64,000 bases of DNA from Tubulanus polymorphus. Lineage: Eukaryota; Animalia; Nemertea. Each line of letters starts with the position of its first letter. The first letter of the stretch is position 1. The stretch spans positions 14,564,950 through 14,628,949 of the forward strand of contig NC_134029.1 of NCBI RefSeq assembly GCF_964204645.1, read 5' to 3'. The notes under the pieces were generated by a model. That model saw nothing but the letters and a program-made list of their open reading frames with translations. It did not search any database and was not told where the DNA came from. A program made the position numbers and the translations under genes. This document shows positions 50,493 to 64,000 of this stretch, one piece after another.

Positions 50493-53400
50493 CCCCTTGA
50501 CCGCCTGTACCGATATAGTCGGTATCACCGTTTCTCCCCGGAATGTCGGTACCGATATTGTCGGTACCGATATTGTCGGTATTTATGTATATGGGATTCG
50601 ACCTGCCTTTGCAAGGTCTACTGTGTATCGAGTAACATTACGCATATATAGGTACCGTAGTAAACATTCACGTACTTGAAATGGAAGCAATTTCATGAAT
50701 TTGCTGGTGTTTTGATGACAAGGGATACAATCTATGTGTATGAGTGAGATTCTCATGGCTAATCGTAGACCTAAACGGTATGATCTTGCAGCTGTTGTTG
50801 ATCAAATAAACGATGATGATTTTAGTTATTCAAGCGGAAATGAAAGTGAAAATGCCAATTTCCATGATGGCAGTGATCAGGATGTTGTCAGTGACAGTGA
50901 TAATACTGATGATAGGGCCTTACAGGATGCTGAAGATGACGAATCTAGCGATGCTGATAGAGCGTCGCCGTCGGTTTCTGCTATGGATTCAGATCATAGT
51001 GATGATAATGGCACTGCCAGCGAATCTGAAGGTATGTACACATCAACTCTCAACATAAATAATGTCAGTGTCACATATCAGTGTGAATTATTGCTCGAGG
51101 CCTACTTTACAGTACCTATAATTTCTTTGTATTCCTCCGTGTTTTCGTTTTGGAGTACGGTCTTGAAGTTATAGGCAAAATTCTCATGAATTTCTGGTTA
51201 TTTATTTTTCAGGAGCTGTAAGCCTACCTAGTAGTCAAGATTCTGATGACGACAGTGGAGCTAGCGATGGATCAGCTGTTCGTGGTAATATCAGTGGAGA
51301 CCATGGACGAGGCGGACGCGGACGAGCATGTGGTGGACGCATCGTTGCTCGTGGTCGTGGGCAAGCTCTAGGCCGTGGTCGTGGCCAAGCTCGAGGCCGT
51401 GGTGGACATGCTCGTGGTGCAGCTGGTGTTTGAGGAAGTAATCGTCATCAACCTCATCAACCACCCCTAATAGAATGGAAAAGAGACCCACAGGTAACTC
51501 ACTCGTTTCCATTTACAGGACAACATGGTCCAAATTTCCGATTACCAAATGATGCTACAGAATGGGATTTTTTTAAACTGTTCCTTACCGATGAACGAAT
51601 TGATATTGTGGTGAGAGAAACAAATCGGTATGGAAATAAGAGAAAAATAACCACGCCTGCTAATAAAAAATATGCACGTATGCATAAGTGGAAACCGATT
51701 GATCGTGAGACTATGTGGCGCTTTTTGACATTGGTAATAATGTTTGGATTGGTAGAAAAACCAGTAGTTGATTCATATTGGTCAACAGACAGTCTTCTGG
51801 AAACACCAGGATTTGGGCAAATTATAAGTAGGAATCGTTTCTTACAAATCTTGTGTGCGATACATTTTCAGAATAATAATATTCCACGACCAGAGGGTGA
51901 GCGTGCATGGAAGATCAAACCGTTTTTTGATTATCTTACTGCCCGTTTCACACGCATGTACACCCCTGAACAGTGTGTGTCAATAGATGAAGCTCTTTTG
52001 CTATGGAAGGGCAGGCTGATATTCAAGCAGTACATACCCAAAAAGCGATCACGTTTCGGACTAAAGTCGTATGAGCTGTGCGGAAGTAGCACTGGGTACT
52101 GTTGGAAATACAGGTTATATACTGGACAAGATCAAATTGCAAATCAAGTGTCTGTGCATGGTGTTTCTTATGATGTTGTCATGGATTTGATGGATGGTTT
52201 GCTTGATCAGGGATACAAATTGACGGTAGATAATTTCTACACGAGCCCTGTTCTTTTTCTGGAGTTATATCAACGTGCGACTCATGCTGTCGGTACTGTT
52301 CGGCTTGATCGAAAACACATGCCCAAAGATCTGTAGTATCGTTATGATGCTAATGGGGTACAAATTCCCTTGTTGAAAGGAGACATTACACATAGAAGCT
52401 CAGACAAACTGTTAGCACTCTGTTGGTTGGACAAAAAGTATGTTTCAATGTTATCTAACTATCATGATGAACATATCATTGATACTGGGAAAGTCAACCG
52501 CACCACTCAAGAGCCAATACGCAAGCCACATGTAATTGTAGAATACAATCATCAAATGGGAGGCGTAGATCTCAAGGACCAAATGCTTGAAGCTTATGCT
52601 ATGCATCCTAAAACAATCAAATGGTACCGTAAACTAGCTATGCATTTGATCGATATCGCAATATTCAACAGTTTGGTTCTCTGGAAGAAGGCAGATCCAA
52701 CTCGAAGCAACACGTGACATCTCAAATTTCGCACACGTTTGATAAGTCAGATTGTGGAGGGTGTTGGTGCTGATCCAACATCTGCAGCTAAGGGTCGCCC
52801 AAGAGCGTCAAATGATGTCCCCATCCGCTTTAGTGGAAGACACTTCCCAGCTTTGAATCCTCCTACTGGAAACAGACAAGTTGCGTTTCGTGTCTGTCGA
52901 ATCTGGTCAGAACGTGATCGCGAAAATGGGGCTCCAGGAACACGGAAACGTGTTGAAACAAAATACAGGTGTGTAGCCTGTGGAAATGTGCCTCTTTGTG
53001 CTGCACCCTGTTTTGAACAATGGCATACTTTATAAACTGGATACAACTGCATATGAACTGTGACAATTGATATTTGTGTTTTTCCATGAAATTTCACTAA
53101 ACGGATATTTTCAGGTAAAAGAACCTTTATTCATTTATTTGGAGATCTAATCACACAGAAATGGTTGTATATTGTAGGTAACATTCATATCTATCCATTC
53201 AGGCACACACAAAACTGTTTCTGCACTTTTTATATGCAAAATTCTATTTCAGAAGGAGGTGTGTATATGAAATTTTGATGGCGGCCATATTGATGACGTC
53301 ATAATGACATCATCATGAACAACCAAGTATCTTAAAAAGTATTTTTATGGGCTTGAATAGATAGCTCTGAATGTTACCTTTTCAAATATATATGGTTTAT

Positions 53401-53526
53401 AGCAGTTTAATTGAGAAATAAGTGACTGGAAGGCAATTTTCAACTTTTGGGTCACGACATAAAAATCCCCCCAAAATAAGTGGCGTACGGGTATATTTAT
53501 TATAAAAATAAGTGGCGGTCAAGGGG
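50493..53526 (+). mobile_element. piggyBac DNA transposon, complete ends
   Basis: TTAA|CCCCTTGACCGCC ... GGCGGTCAAGGGG|TTAA (13-bp TIR, TTAA TSD). Confidence 0.96.
50734..53035 (+). pseudogene. piggyBac (PGBD4-like) transposase with predicted intron 51032-51212
   Basis: Catalytic SIDEA, VDNFYTS, GGVDLKDQ; C-terminal Cys-rich domain; stops at 52336 and 52717 plus a frameshift near 51450-51510; GT...TTTTCAG intron after the acidic N-terminus. Confidence 0.92.
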
Positions 53527-55965
53527 TTAAGGAAATATATATAAAACCGACTACAGGCTGTTTCAACTAAAATGATGGGACCCCCCATAGTAGTGGCTAC
53601 ATAGGTAAACATAATGACAAATCATCTACTATTGAAAATCTAAAAATTGATGGAAAAATTGAAAAAGACCACAAAAAATTACTCACTGTCTTTGTTTTTT
53701 AGTAATATAGGAAAAGAGTATGCCACTAAAGTCCCAACTTCTAAGCATTCATTTCAAGAATACCTCAATATCCATAACAATATTAACATTTTCTTTAGAC
53801 CTACTGATACTAATGAGATCATTTCTTTAGTGAAATCATTACCAAATAAAAGTAGTACTGGTTTTGATAACATTAGCAATAATCTCCTAAAACAAGTAAT
53901 TTATACTATATGTGATCCGTTATGTACAATATTTAACAATTCATTAAGAGATGGCGTAGTACCCAAATTAATGAAAATTGCAGAAGTTATTCCTATCCAC
54001 AAAGGTGATGATAATTCCCAAGCAACTAACTACAGGCCTATCTCACTTTTACCCGTAATATCTCAAATACTAGAAAAAATAGTTCACAACAGGCTATATA
54101 ACTTTTTTATTATGAACAACTTACTCTACAGCAGCCAATATGGGTACAGAGAAAATCATTCAACTGCTCAAGCAATACTTGAATTAACCGGAAATATAAT
54201 TAGTAGCTTCGATAATGGTAATAACACAATTGGAGTCTTCCTTGATCTGTCTAAAGCGTTTGACTCGCTCGATACCCAACGTTAATATACAAATTAGATA
54301 AGTATGGAATAAGAGGAATTCCATTGCAATGGTTGAAAAGTTACCTCAGTGAAAGGAGAATGAATGTAAAGGTCAACAGAATCAAATCAAATCTAGCTAA
54401 AGTCGAATACGGAATTCATCAAGGCTCTATACTCGGACCACTGCTTTTTCTTATATATGTTAATGATGCCCATCAAGTTTTAAAATCCTGTAAGAGTATA
54501 TTATTTGCAGACGACACTAGCATATATATTACCGGAAAGAATCGTAACACTATTTTAGATCTTCTGAAAGATGACCTATCTACACTGATCGATTAGTTCC
54601 ATGCTAACAAATTAACAGTCAATTTCAAGAAAACTAATTGCATGATTTTTAGGCCCAGAAGTAAAAGTTTCCAAACAGATAAAGATCTCATATTGGGTAC
54701 TGAGAAAATAAGATCAGTAAAACAGTGTAAATTTTGGGAGTACTTATTGATGAAAATCTATCTTGTGAACAATTCAAACAAACCTGTTCAAAAATCAATA
54801 GAAACTTGTATTTATTAAGGAGAATAAAAGAATTTATACCTGCTTGGAGTAAGAAACTGCTGTATTATGGCTATATACATACACATTTATCTTATGGAGT
54901 GAATCATGGGGCACTCTTCTCTCAAAAAAGCAAATAGACACCATTTTCAAATTGTAGAAAAGGGCAATCAGATATATCAATAACAGCCGCTATAATGCCT
55001 CCACATCACACTTATTTAAAAAATATGATATCCTAAAATTTGAAGACATAATAAATTTAGACCTCGCAAAAATTGGCTACAAATACTTCGAAGGATAATT
55101 GCCCACCCCGATAAGAGCATTGTTCCAACATAACCAAGTAAACCACACACATAACACAAGATCAAGAAATTATCCACAATCTGCCCGTCACAAAACGAAT
55201 ATGTTCAATAAATCGTTTCTTAACAAAGTTCCAGTCATTTGGCCAACAATCGATAACACAATCAGAAAATCTCCATCAATTCATTCATTCACCAGGCTCT
55301 ACAAAAAGCAGCTCGTCAAGAGATATTGAATATTCATCCCGTCCCCCTAAAATATTCTATCATGGTATGTTTATGTTATATAATAGTTATTGTAGTATTA
55401 CCATTGTATGTTTTATGTTGTTTTGAAAATAGCTTACCATAGATAAGCCTTATAATATTGACATTTGTATCATTGTCATCATCCATTTCATAGTCACCAG
55501 GGCTCGTCCACTCTGTTCAGAGCTACAGCCTTCAGGCTCTGGACGAGTCCTTCATAGTTCATTGTGGTATTTTGTAAGATAAATTATTGTACTAAACTAT
55601 GTTCTATGAAAATAAAACCAATCAAAATCAAATTAAATTGGTAACGAGGCATATTTCATTATCGCAATCAATTACAAAATCATAGCTGCTGACATGTTCT
55701 ATGATTGTAGTGAGTTTCAAGGTCAGTGGTTTTTGTATATGGTCACCAGGGGGCGTTGAATATTGAAATTGTTAGATTGTTGAGCATTTGGAACCACTTT
55801 CCAAGTGGGCATGGTGTCCCTGGACCCCTAGTTTACATTACACATTTTACATGCTGCCAGTACCATTTGTACATTGATAAATCAATACACTGATCTATTT
55901 TAGTATGGAAAACCTCATGACGAGATAACTCTAACTCGTCACTGGCAATGGTGAATAGATTCTCT

Positions 55966-56257
55966 ATTTTCTAGCCCACTTTAGTCTTTTAGGACTTTAG
56001 TCCCAGCGGGCTATTGCGTTCACTTTTAGTCCGTTGTCCGTCCATTCGTAGACAGAATTCAGTTATTTTGGGAAGTTTTGAAGATGCTTCAATGTAATGT
56101 CTTGATATTTGGGTTACACATGTATCTACCCTAGACGCATCTTCAGCCCAAAAACTGCCCTTGTCAGAATCAAGATGGTCGACTGGCAGCCTTTGTTGTT
56201 CGCCAAAATCGGCTCTTTTTACACAATTTTTGAACTCTTTGAGGGTAATTTTGAAGC
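55966..56257 (+). mobile_element. Family A 5' fragment
   Basis: TAGCCCACTT...GGACTTTAGTCCCAG and core sequence. Confidence 0.75.
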
Positions 56258-59196
56258 TAAATTAACTCTCTTTTGCCTGCCAGGCCTTTTTTTTTCAGGA
56301 AATGCTGCACTTTGCCAGGATTTCCGTGTTTTTCAGAGATTCATAAAACAAAAACTAAAGGAGATATCATCATCAAATTTGTTTTCTTTTGTTCATCTGG
56401 TCTTGCTTTTTCATGTAAAATAAGCGGCATTTCTTCTAGAAGTGATGAAATCTGCAGCAATCACCAGTGCAGAGGGGGTATTTTGCATAAAATATGCCCA
56501 TTCATGTGTGTTCAGCCCCCATTTCAATGGATGACGTCACTTACACACTGCATAGAACGACTGATGGTAGTTTGTTTTAGTAGTAAAAGGCATTAAACTA
56601 ACTGGTGGTGTGCAATGAATTCGCCATCTGTCGTTAAAATTAAGAAACAAGTCAACCGTATCAGTACGGTATTGGCAAGCAAGTGATAGGAGATATCAAA
56701 CGTACCAGTACTTGGCAGGCAATGAGTGAATAGAATACTACTAGATGATAATCAACATATATTGATAAAGGTAATTGTGCAATACAGTTGAAGATGGGAC
56801 ATTGATTTGTAAGACAAATGCGGTCGAAGACGAGCACCATTTTTAGATTCAGCTCAGCTGAATCTATTAGTATTAAACGGAGTGTGGAATTCATGTTGAC
56901 CCCTATCTCCTCCGAGTGTGAAATGTTTCACGGGCCGGGTTCTGCATTTAGTTGACTGTTAATGGCAGCTGAGTGATGTCTGCTTTTGAAGGCTATTGAT
57001 GAAGTATTATAGTCGGCTCGTCAAGATTCACTAAAATTGATGATTAACAAATATATAAAAGATGACCTGTTTGTTTTACGTCCAGGGGTAGAATGATTTT
57101 ATAATGTAATAGATATGAGGTGTACATAATGTTTTGAATATGATAGAACTATAGATGATTTACATGAAGGTCAAATGATTATGATATAGTTAATCTAAAT
57201 AAGTCAAATACAGTTAAGTTTATCCAGGCCTATATTAAGATGTTTTAGTTAAATACAATGTACAAGACTGACTTACCTAAAATTGATGATTAACAAATAT
57301 ATAAAAGATGACCAGTTTATTTTACGTCCGGGGTAGAATGACCTAACCCGAGCTAAACCACAGGAAGATCTTTTAGGCCACTCCCCCAAGTTGACTGGTC
57401 AAACCCTTGTGTACGATTGGTCAGTCTTTGTTTTACTGAGTAGAAATAGCTTTAATTGTTCCACTTAATTACAAGAGTCACTCAGACTAGCAACATTGTT
57501 TACAAGAGAATGTAGTTACAGTCACTGGTTTTATGAAAACTAACATACAGATAATCATTGAATAGGTTTATGACATGTTTAAGCGACTAGTGTTATAATT
57601 GGCAAACATTCGTTAATTAGTTGATTAGATAAACAGGAAAAGTCTTTTCTGCGGTTTGTCACTAGCTACAAATATATATATATATATATAAATCCTGTAC
57701 ATATGAACTGAACTATGAATATGTAGATAATTAAAAATGGAATTACTAATGCAATATATTTGAAGACCAATATAACCCTTTAAATCCCTATAACATACTT
57801 GAAAATATACCATATAATAGAAGCCTTAATTGGGTGAATTGGCAATTTTATGCCATTTTTGGGGATTTTTAGCAGCGTAGTGTGACGTCATCTTGATCTA
57901 CTAACGTAAACACATGAGCTGAATATTGTACAACATTTGCTGTTGATGCGCAGTGTAGTTGACAGTATTTACTGCGGAGCTGTCATGATAGCGCCCTCGT
58001 TTTAGTAACACGTAAAGCTCACCAAAATCAACGAAGCCGGTAATCTAAGATAAGGATATTCTCTTAATAAAAAAAGATTTGTTTGAAAACATTTGTACTA
58101 AAATTAATTATGCATACTCTTGGGATTATCTTGACGAACAAACGTTTGTAACGATATACAGATGAATTTTAAACAATTCTAATTCGCATTAAAAATACCA
58201 TACAGGTTGACCAATATCGTGTAGTATATACTTTAATTCGAACACCGCATCAGTTGTTATTTATTTTCGTGGTGTCCTGTGTGGGAGAACGCACTTGGCA
58301 CGCAGCAAAGTTCGGGTAAAAACCTCAACTTGGTTGTAAAAATTTTTTAAACTGCGCGTAGGTGCCGTAGATTAGGTATTTTTACTGTTGCTCTACGTAA
58401 TTTGATGAAAGGTGATTTCTCCTTATCCTAAGATCGAAGATCGTATCAACTGGTTTCGCGACAAGAACATTCCCTGGGTCTAGTTAGGCAGTTTCGTAAG
58501 TCCTTCCTTAGATCCAGTTCATCTTCATTTCATATCATTTTCATCCCATCACGACACATTTCCACAACTAAACACCCAGTCTTAGGTCAGAGAGATCAGA
58601 GTTGCACGTCCTGAGGAGCTAACTGAGTCCTCCCAGGGCATACTTTGACGGCCACACAATAGAGGCTTGCTCTCTTTTAAAATAGGTTTAAGTTAGGTTT
58701 AGGACTAAAACCACACATATCATACCATATATTACACACATTATTATACATATTATTATCCGTATATACTGCAAGTTATCGTCGTAACAGTATACAGTAT
58801 ACGTTAGAGAATTAGTTCGGAATACAAATAGGCTTTCGTCTAGGTTACGTGCGTTGCGGAAATTCGAGTACGCACACACGTATACATTATCCATACGTAT
58901 TTCGTCGATTCAAAATTCGTCACGCTCCGTTGCATTTTCTTTTGTTCGTAGCCATAGTTACAACAAAGCACACTGGTCTTGACTCGTCACGCTCTATCGC
59001 GTTACTATTAGCTACTTTCTATTGAACTGACACGACACCGAGATTCGTCCTAATCCGGCAAGCTCTGCAAAATTCGTCATCGGTTACTCTGAAAAGATTG
59101 AAACCGTACAATCTGTAGTTCTATATAAACACGAACATATATTTATATTTATATATACCCGTTAAATTATTTACCCTTTTCAATTGGCGTTTGAAT

Positions 59197-60721
59197 ATGT
59201 CTGTTTTACGATCACCTCCAGCCGGACGTGATCCGGAACCATGGACCTCGTCGCCGGTGGTCCTTGAAAAATCCAGTAAACAAATATCTCCTAGTGAACA
59301 TTTTGTTGAATTCGTTTGGGAAAAACTCTAGAACACCTACAAAAAGACAAGATGCATTAGCGTCTCCGATTCTAAGAGAACCATCCACTACATACGCCGA
59401 GGTCGTTGCAGTAACCCCGGCAGTGAACACAAACATAGAAAATCCAATCTTACCAGTAAAAGTTAACGCAGAACCGACTTCGAAAAAAAGGCCAGCGTGC
59501 GAGTCACCGTCGGACGACGGACAGAGACGAAGTAAGGTTCGGTCGACGGATGACGGTATTTGTCGCCCGATTATTGTAACCAGAGTAGCTAAATATATGA
59601 GCGAACCAGTATTCATCAGAACCTTAGTCAAAGAAATTCCAAACGTTAAAATCAAGTCTATCAAACGTCTCATGTCCGGCGATTACCGAGTTAATCCGGA
59701 AACGTACCGCGATATGAAACTGATCCTAAATTCTCAAAATACCACTTTCGAAAAATATGAAATATCTTTTTATAAGCTCGAAAAACAAATAGATTACATC
59801 GTCGTTATTAACAATGTCGCTGAGTACAGCGAAAGAGACATAGATATCGCTCTTAAAGACCACTCAATCACTCCAAAATACACGACAAAAATGAAATCGG
59901 CAGCAACGAACAGAACAACAGATAAGATTAAAGTCGCTCTATCAGAAAAAACAGACTACGATTTTCTGTTAAGCAATGGACTCGAGATTTTCGCCGGTGT
60001 GAGGAAGAAATGCGTAGCTTATAGACGCAGCCCAACACTACTCCAATGTAGGAAATGCCAGATGTTTGGGCATAATCAATATAACTGCACAGAAGACAAA
60101 GCAATTTGCACGAAGTGCGCCCACTTTCACCAAACTTATGAGTGTAAAATAAAAGAAAATTACGTTTGTTCGAACTGCGGTGGAGAACACCGCAGTTTCG
60201 ACAAAGCCTGCACATTTGTGCAGTAAGAAATTAAAAAGAAACAACGAGAGAGATCTAGGTCGAGGTCGAGGTCGAAATCCAACTCTAGACCGATTGAAAC
60301 AAAAGAGCGTAGGAAACCGATACCAACACCACGAAAGAAAAAAACTGTATCTGAGAAAAAACAATCTGTATCTGAGAAACCCTTTTCATCGGAACAAAAT
60401 AAAAACCAAAGACCTATACCGAAACGTAGAAGTTCACTAGATAAACCGAAAGAAAGCCCTCCACCGAATAATATCATTATACTAAACGAAACATCATTTT
60501 TATCGCTAATTGCAGACATAATTTACAGAGTACGTATGAACAAAGAAAATAGCCTATCCGACATCTGTGCGAGGATAAACGAAAGCACATTAGATCATAC
60601 TAACTTAAAAATCAGCGGTAAAGATATATACGAACATACAGTCGGGAAAAACTCACACCGGCTGAGTAAGATAAAAATAACGAGACCGTTATCTGCTAGC
60701 GACACAAATCTAGCTAAATAA
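59197..60721 (+). pseudogene. LINE ORF1 (gag-like, three CCHC knuckles), I/Jockey group
   Basis: QCRKCQMFGHNQYNC, CTKCAHFHQTYEC, CSNCGGEHRSFDKAC; frameshift and stop. Confidence 0.88.
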
Positions 60722-60792
60722 AATCGTAAGTGATGTACTGATTTTAATCTAACACATTAACTTTCTTTTAAACAATTATCTAACTTTTTCTC

Positions 60793-63544
60793 ATGGCTAA
60801 GTCTTCTCTGAATATATGTTATTTAAACATAAACGGCGTGAAGCAAAAATTGCCAGAAGTAACTGAATTACTTTTGAATAAAAATATCGATATTCTTTTC
60901 GTAGCAGAAACTAAATGCAAAACGATTAACTTTGATCCGAAAAATTATAAGAAAATCCATAAGCCGAGGACAGGGAAATCCGGAGGGGGTTTAATGGCTC
61001 TGTTCAACCGTGACCTGTTTATCGAACAACTGACTTAATTTTAACAGCGACTCAATTGAATATATAGCTTTATCGGTGAAAAATAACGATAACAGTACTT
61101 TCAATGTCATAGGGGTTTATTGCCCACCTGCGAAAATTCTCGAACAACAATTTGTAGAAGTCATTGAACGATCGAATCAAAATTTTTTCATTTTGGGTGA
61201 TTTGAACGCTAAACACCCGATACTCGGTAACCGTACGACTAATACAGCCGGAATTAATCTAACGAACATTATTAATACGCACGGTCTCATTTCATTAAAT
61301 ACAAAAGACCATACCTATTATGATTACCGCGTGAGAGGACACACTGATATTCAAGATAGAGCGCTTTGTAGTTCGCACATATTCCCTAAAGTAAACTCTT
61401 TTCATGTTTGCGATAGCGTCGATAGTGATCACCAACCAATTTTAATAAATATTTCTACGCGTCCGAAAGTCATCGAACGCGAACTATATACCGACTTACT
61501 GTCTACGAGAAATATCGACTGGTCAAAATTCCACGACAACGTATCTGACAAGCTCTCAACGATCGATACAACAAATCTAACTACTAACGAGCAGGTGGAA
61601 AATATTTACAGCAAAATAGAATTAGAAATAATTAACGAAATTAAAAGACAAAATAGCATGGAAAATAATAAAAGATCGAAACGAGTTGACCGCTTACCTC
61701 GTAATATAGAATTAATAATTAAACGACGACGTTATTTAAAACGAGAATACGTTAAAACGCGTCACCCTTATTTAAAATCACAATATAATAGATTAACTCT
61801 TGAAATTAGAAAACTTATGCGAGAACACAAAAATAACAAGACTAAAAAACTACTAGATGACATAAATACATTGAATCCGAACTCGAGTAGATTCTGGCGA
61901 GGTATTAAAAACATTAACGGTAACGTTGATAAAAAAAAAGTATTTCGAATTTAGCTTATAACGATCGAACCGCGAGTAACGATAAAGTTATCGTCGAACT
62001 ATACGCCAACTTTTTATTCGACGTTTTTCAAACGCCTACTGATCCAAACTTCAGCGATCAACATAAATGTTTCGTAGAAGAATCCAATAGAAACTTCGTA
62101 TACGAAAATACTGAAGAAGATACGGGTCATATATTAAACGAAACAATTACTGAATTAGACATAAAACGCTATATCAAATGGTTGAAACTCAATAAAGCAC
62201 CCGGAGAAAATAGAATCACGAATGCGATTATTAAAAATTGTCCTCCGATATTTTTAACCCACCTATGTCACATTTTTAACTACTGCCAAAGAAATGGCTA
62301 CTGTATATCATTCTGGAAGTCTGCGAAAATTACTATGATTCCAAAAGCCGGCAAAGATGCTACACTTTGCAAAAATTTGCGTCCTATCAGTTTAACCAAC
62401 TCGATCGGCAAAATTTTCGAAAAAATCATGAACAATAAATTAACAGATTACTTAGAAAATACCAACTTCTTTACCGAAATACATGCTGGTTTTCGAAAAG
62501 GACATTCGACCATAGATCAAATATTAAAAATGTCTCATGATATCGCTAAAGGCTTAAAACGTCGGCAATGCACGCGTGCTACATTTTTTCGACCTAGAGA
62601 AAGCGTTCGATAAACTTTGGCAGGACGGAATTATCTACAAAATTAATCATTTATCTATGCCAACCAACTTTAAGCTCTTATTAAAAAACTATCTACAGGG
62701 TCGAACTTTTAAAGTCGCTAATGAAGGGTGTATTAGCCAGCCAAGGCAAATAAACGCTGGAGTCCCTCAAGGAGGGATTTTCTCGCCGACACTTTTGATC
62801 ATCTATATAAACGATTTTCCCTCGGATGCAATTAAAGCTAGTCATTATAGTCAATCGTCATTGTTCGCAGACGATATGAGTCTATGGAACACGCACAATG
62901 TAAAAACTAAAACAATCGAAAATCTCCATCAAAAATCGATAGACAAACTAACTCAATGGAGTGACATGTGGAGGCTAAAAGTAAACGCGCTTAAATGTGT
63001 TAGTATACACTTTAGTCGCCTAATAAATACCGACCCATACACTGAGCACACTGTTCACGGCCAACAAATACCGCTATCAAATTCTACCAAATTCCTCGGA
63101 ATTACTTTTTCGTCTAATCTACGCTGGAATCTGGAAATAACAGAGAGATTAATTAAGGCAAATAAAAGAATTGGAATACTAGCTATTTTGAAACGAAACC
63201 GCGTAAAAATGGAATACATACTCACTGCTTTTAAATTACTCATTTGATCAATCTATGAATACGGAGCTCCGATACTGGTAACTCGCCCATGTAGTCAGTT
63301 AGACCGCCTTCAAATACACCAAAATAAATGTTTACGGATTATTCTAGGCCGACCGCGCTATACAAGAACGGCAGACCTACATAAGCAAGCTCGAATAGAA
63401 ACTGTCGAACAGCGCTTTAAACTCTTAACGAAAACGTACCTGAATTCCAACCGAAATAACCCGATACTAAGGAGTGTCTTTTACGATATTTCGAGTCCAT
63501 GGCCGTCTTCAGACATCGTGGAAGCGTTTAAGTCAATTCTATAA
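60793..63544 (+). pseudogene. LINE ORF2 (APE and RT, no RNase H seen), I/Jockey group
   Basis: YLNING, VAETK, GGGL, GVYCPP, LGDLNAKH, SDHQP; KAPGEN, RPISLTN, FFDLEKAFD, GVPQGG, FADD, KFLGI. Confidence 0.9.
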
Positions 63545-64000
63545 CTCTATAGCGTGTACTCTACTACGAACCGACACCCGCGTAGTCGGTGAATTGAATG
63601 GAAGATTTCTTTGTGTTACACGAACTATATAGGTAGCCCGTATCTAGGTCGCTACTCCTTACACAACACGTCACGTGAACCGAACTATATGCAGTAGAAC
63701 TATATACTCTTATTAACATATCTAAGAAATGTACATTATAAGCTTTGTATATAGTAATTGACAAAGTATTCTAACTATATCGCGACTCCCCTTAACGGAG
63801 GAAAATCACTATTTTTGTGTATCATATTATATACATATATATTTTACCATATATTATATCATAGACTCTTGTGATATATACGTATCATACTAATCACTAT
63901 TTATAGAAATCTCGAAGTACTCGTACTTTATTACAACTCCGCTTGACGGTAGAAAACTTCTATTTTTGTGTGTATAACATTGAATTTAAAAACTATATAT

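Larger units (their letters stand above)
47663..53601. mobile_element. Non-coding TGT...ACA element with 4-bp TSD (Ginger-like or solo LTR)
   Basis: TAGG|TGTAACCGCACT ... AGTGGCTACA|TAGG; removal rejoins LINE ORF2 (LKTTIG/KHNDKS). Confidence 0.75.
44754..55631 (+). mobile_element. Full-length degenerate CR1/L2-group (Crack-like) LINE
   Basis: ORF1 remnants 45057-45994 (coiled coil; IIVRFFNR...IIIRKDL). ORF2 remnants 46425-47660 and 53606-55329 (LCETF, GGVAIY, PTRIT..TATLIDNI, SDHLP; NYRPISLL, FLDLSKAFD, QGSILGPLLF, LFADDT). (AATCA)n tail; ATTACATTG/ATTAAATTG flanks. Confidence 0.88.
43684..55833 (+). mobile_element. Family A copy (43684-44753 and about 55632-55833) split by a CR1/L2-type LINE
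   Basis: The two pieces join into a sequence colinear with the intact copy at 48179-49387. Confidence 0.8.

Overview
AT-rich, repeat-dense eukaryotic DNA, most likely from a marine invertebrate (inference from the element families). No host gene can be called with confidence. The window is a stack of nested mobile elements. The centrepiece is a decayed Polinton/Maverick (adintovirus-like) fragment at about 17870-26450, with a candidate terminus at 32867. It encodes a protein-primed family B DNA polymerase, a minor-capsid-like protein, a zinc-finger/VLTF3-like factor and small membrane proteins. The polymerase is interrupted exactly inside catalytic motif C (YFD|TDA) by a 355-codon intein with a LAGLIDADG homing endonuclease that resembles the giant-virus (Mimivirus-type) PolB intein. 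The element's genes share a GTAATTTTTT...TAAATG start signature. Also present: an older Polinton-like remnant (tandem PC4-like gene and adenain-like protease, 294-2497), a full-length Tx1/L1-type LINE with a 15-bp TSD, a CR1/L2-type LINE split by a TGT..ACA element that contains a piggyBac, an I/Jockey-type LINE, an L2 fragment, Helentron/DINE-1-like non-autonomous families, MITEs and a 31-bp satellite. All protein family calls come from motif recognition by eye, not from database searches.
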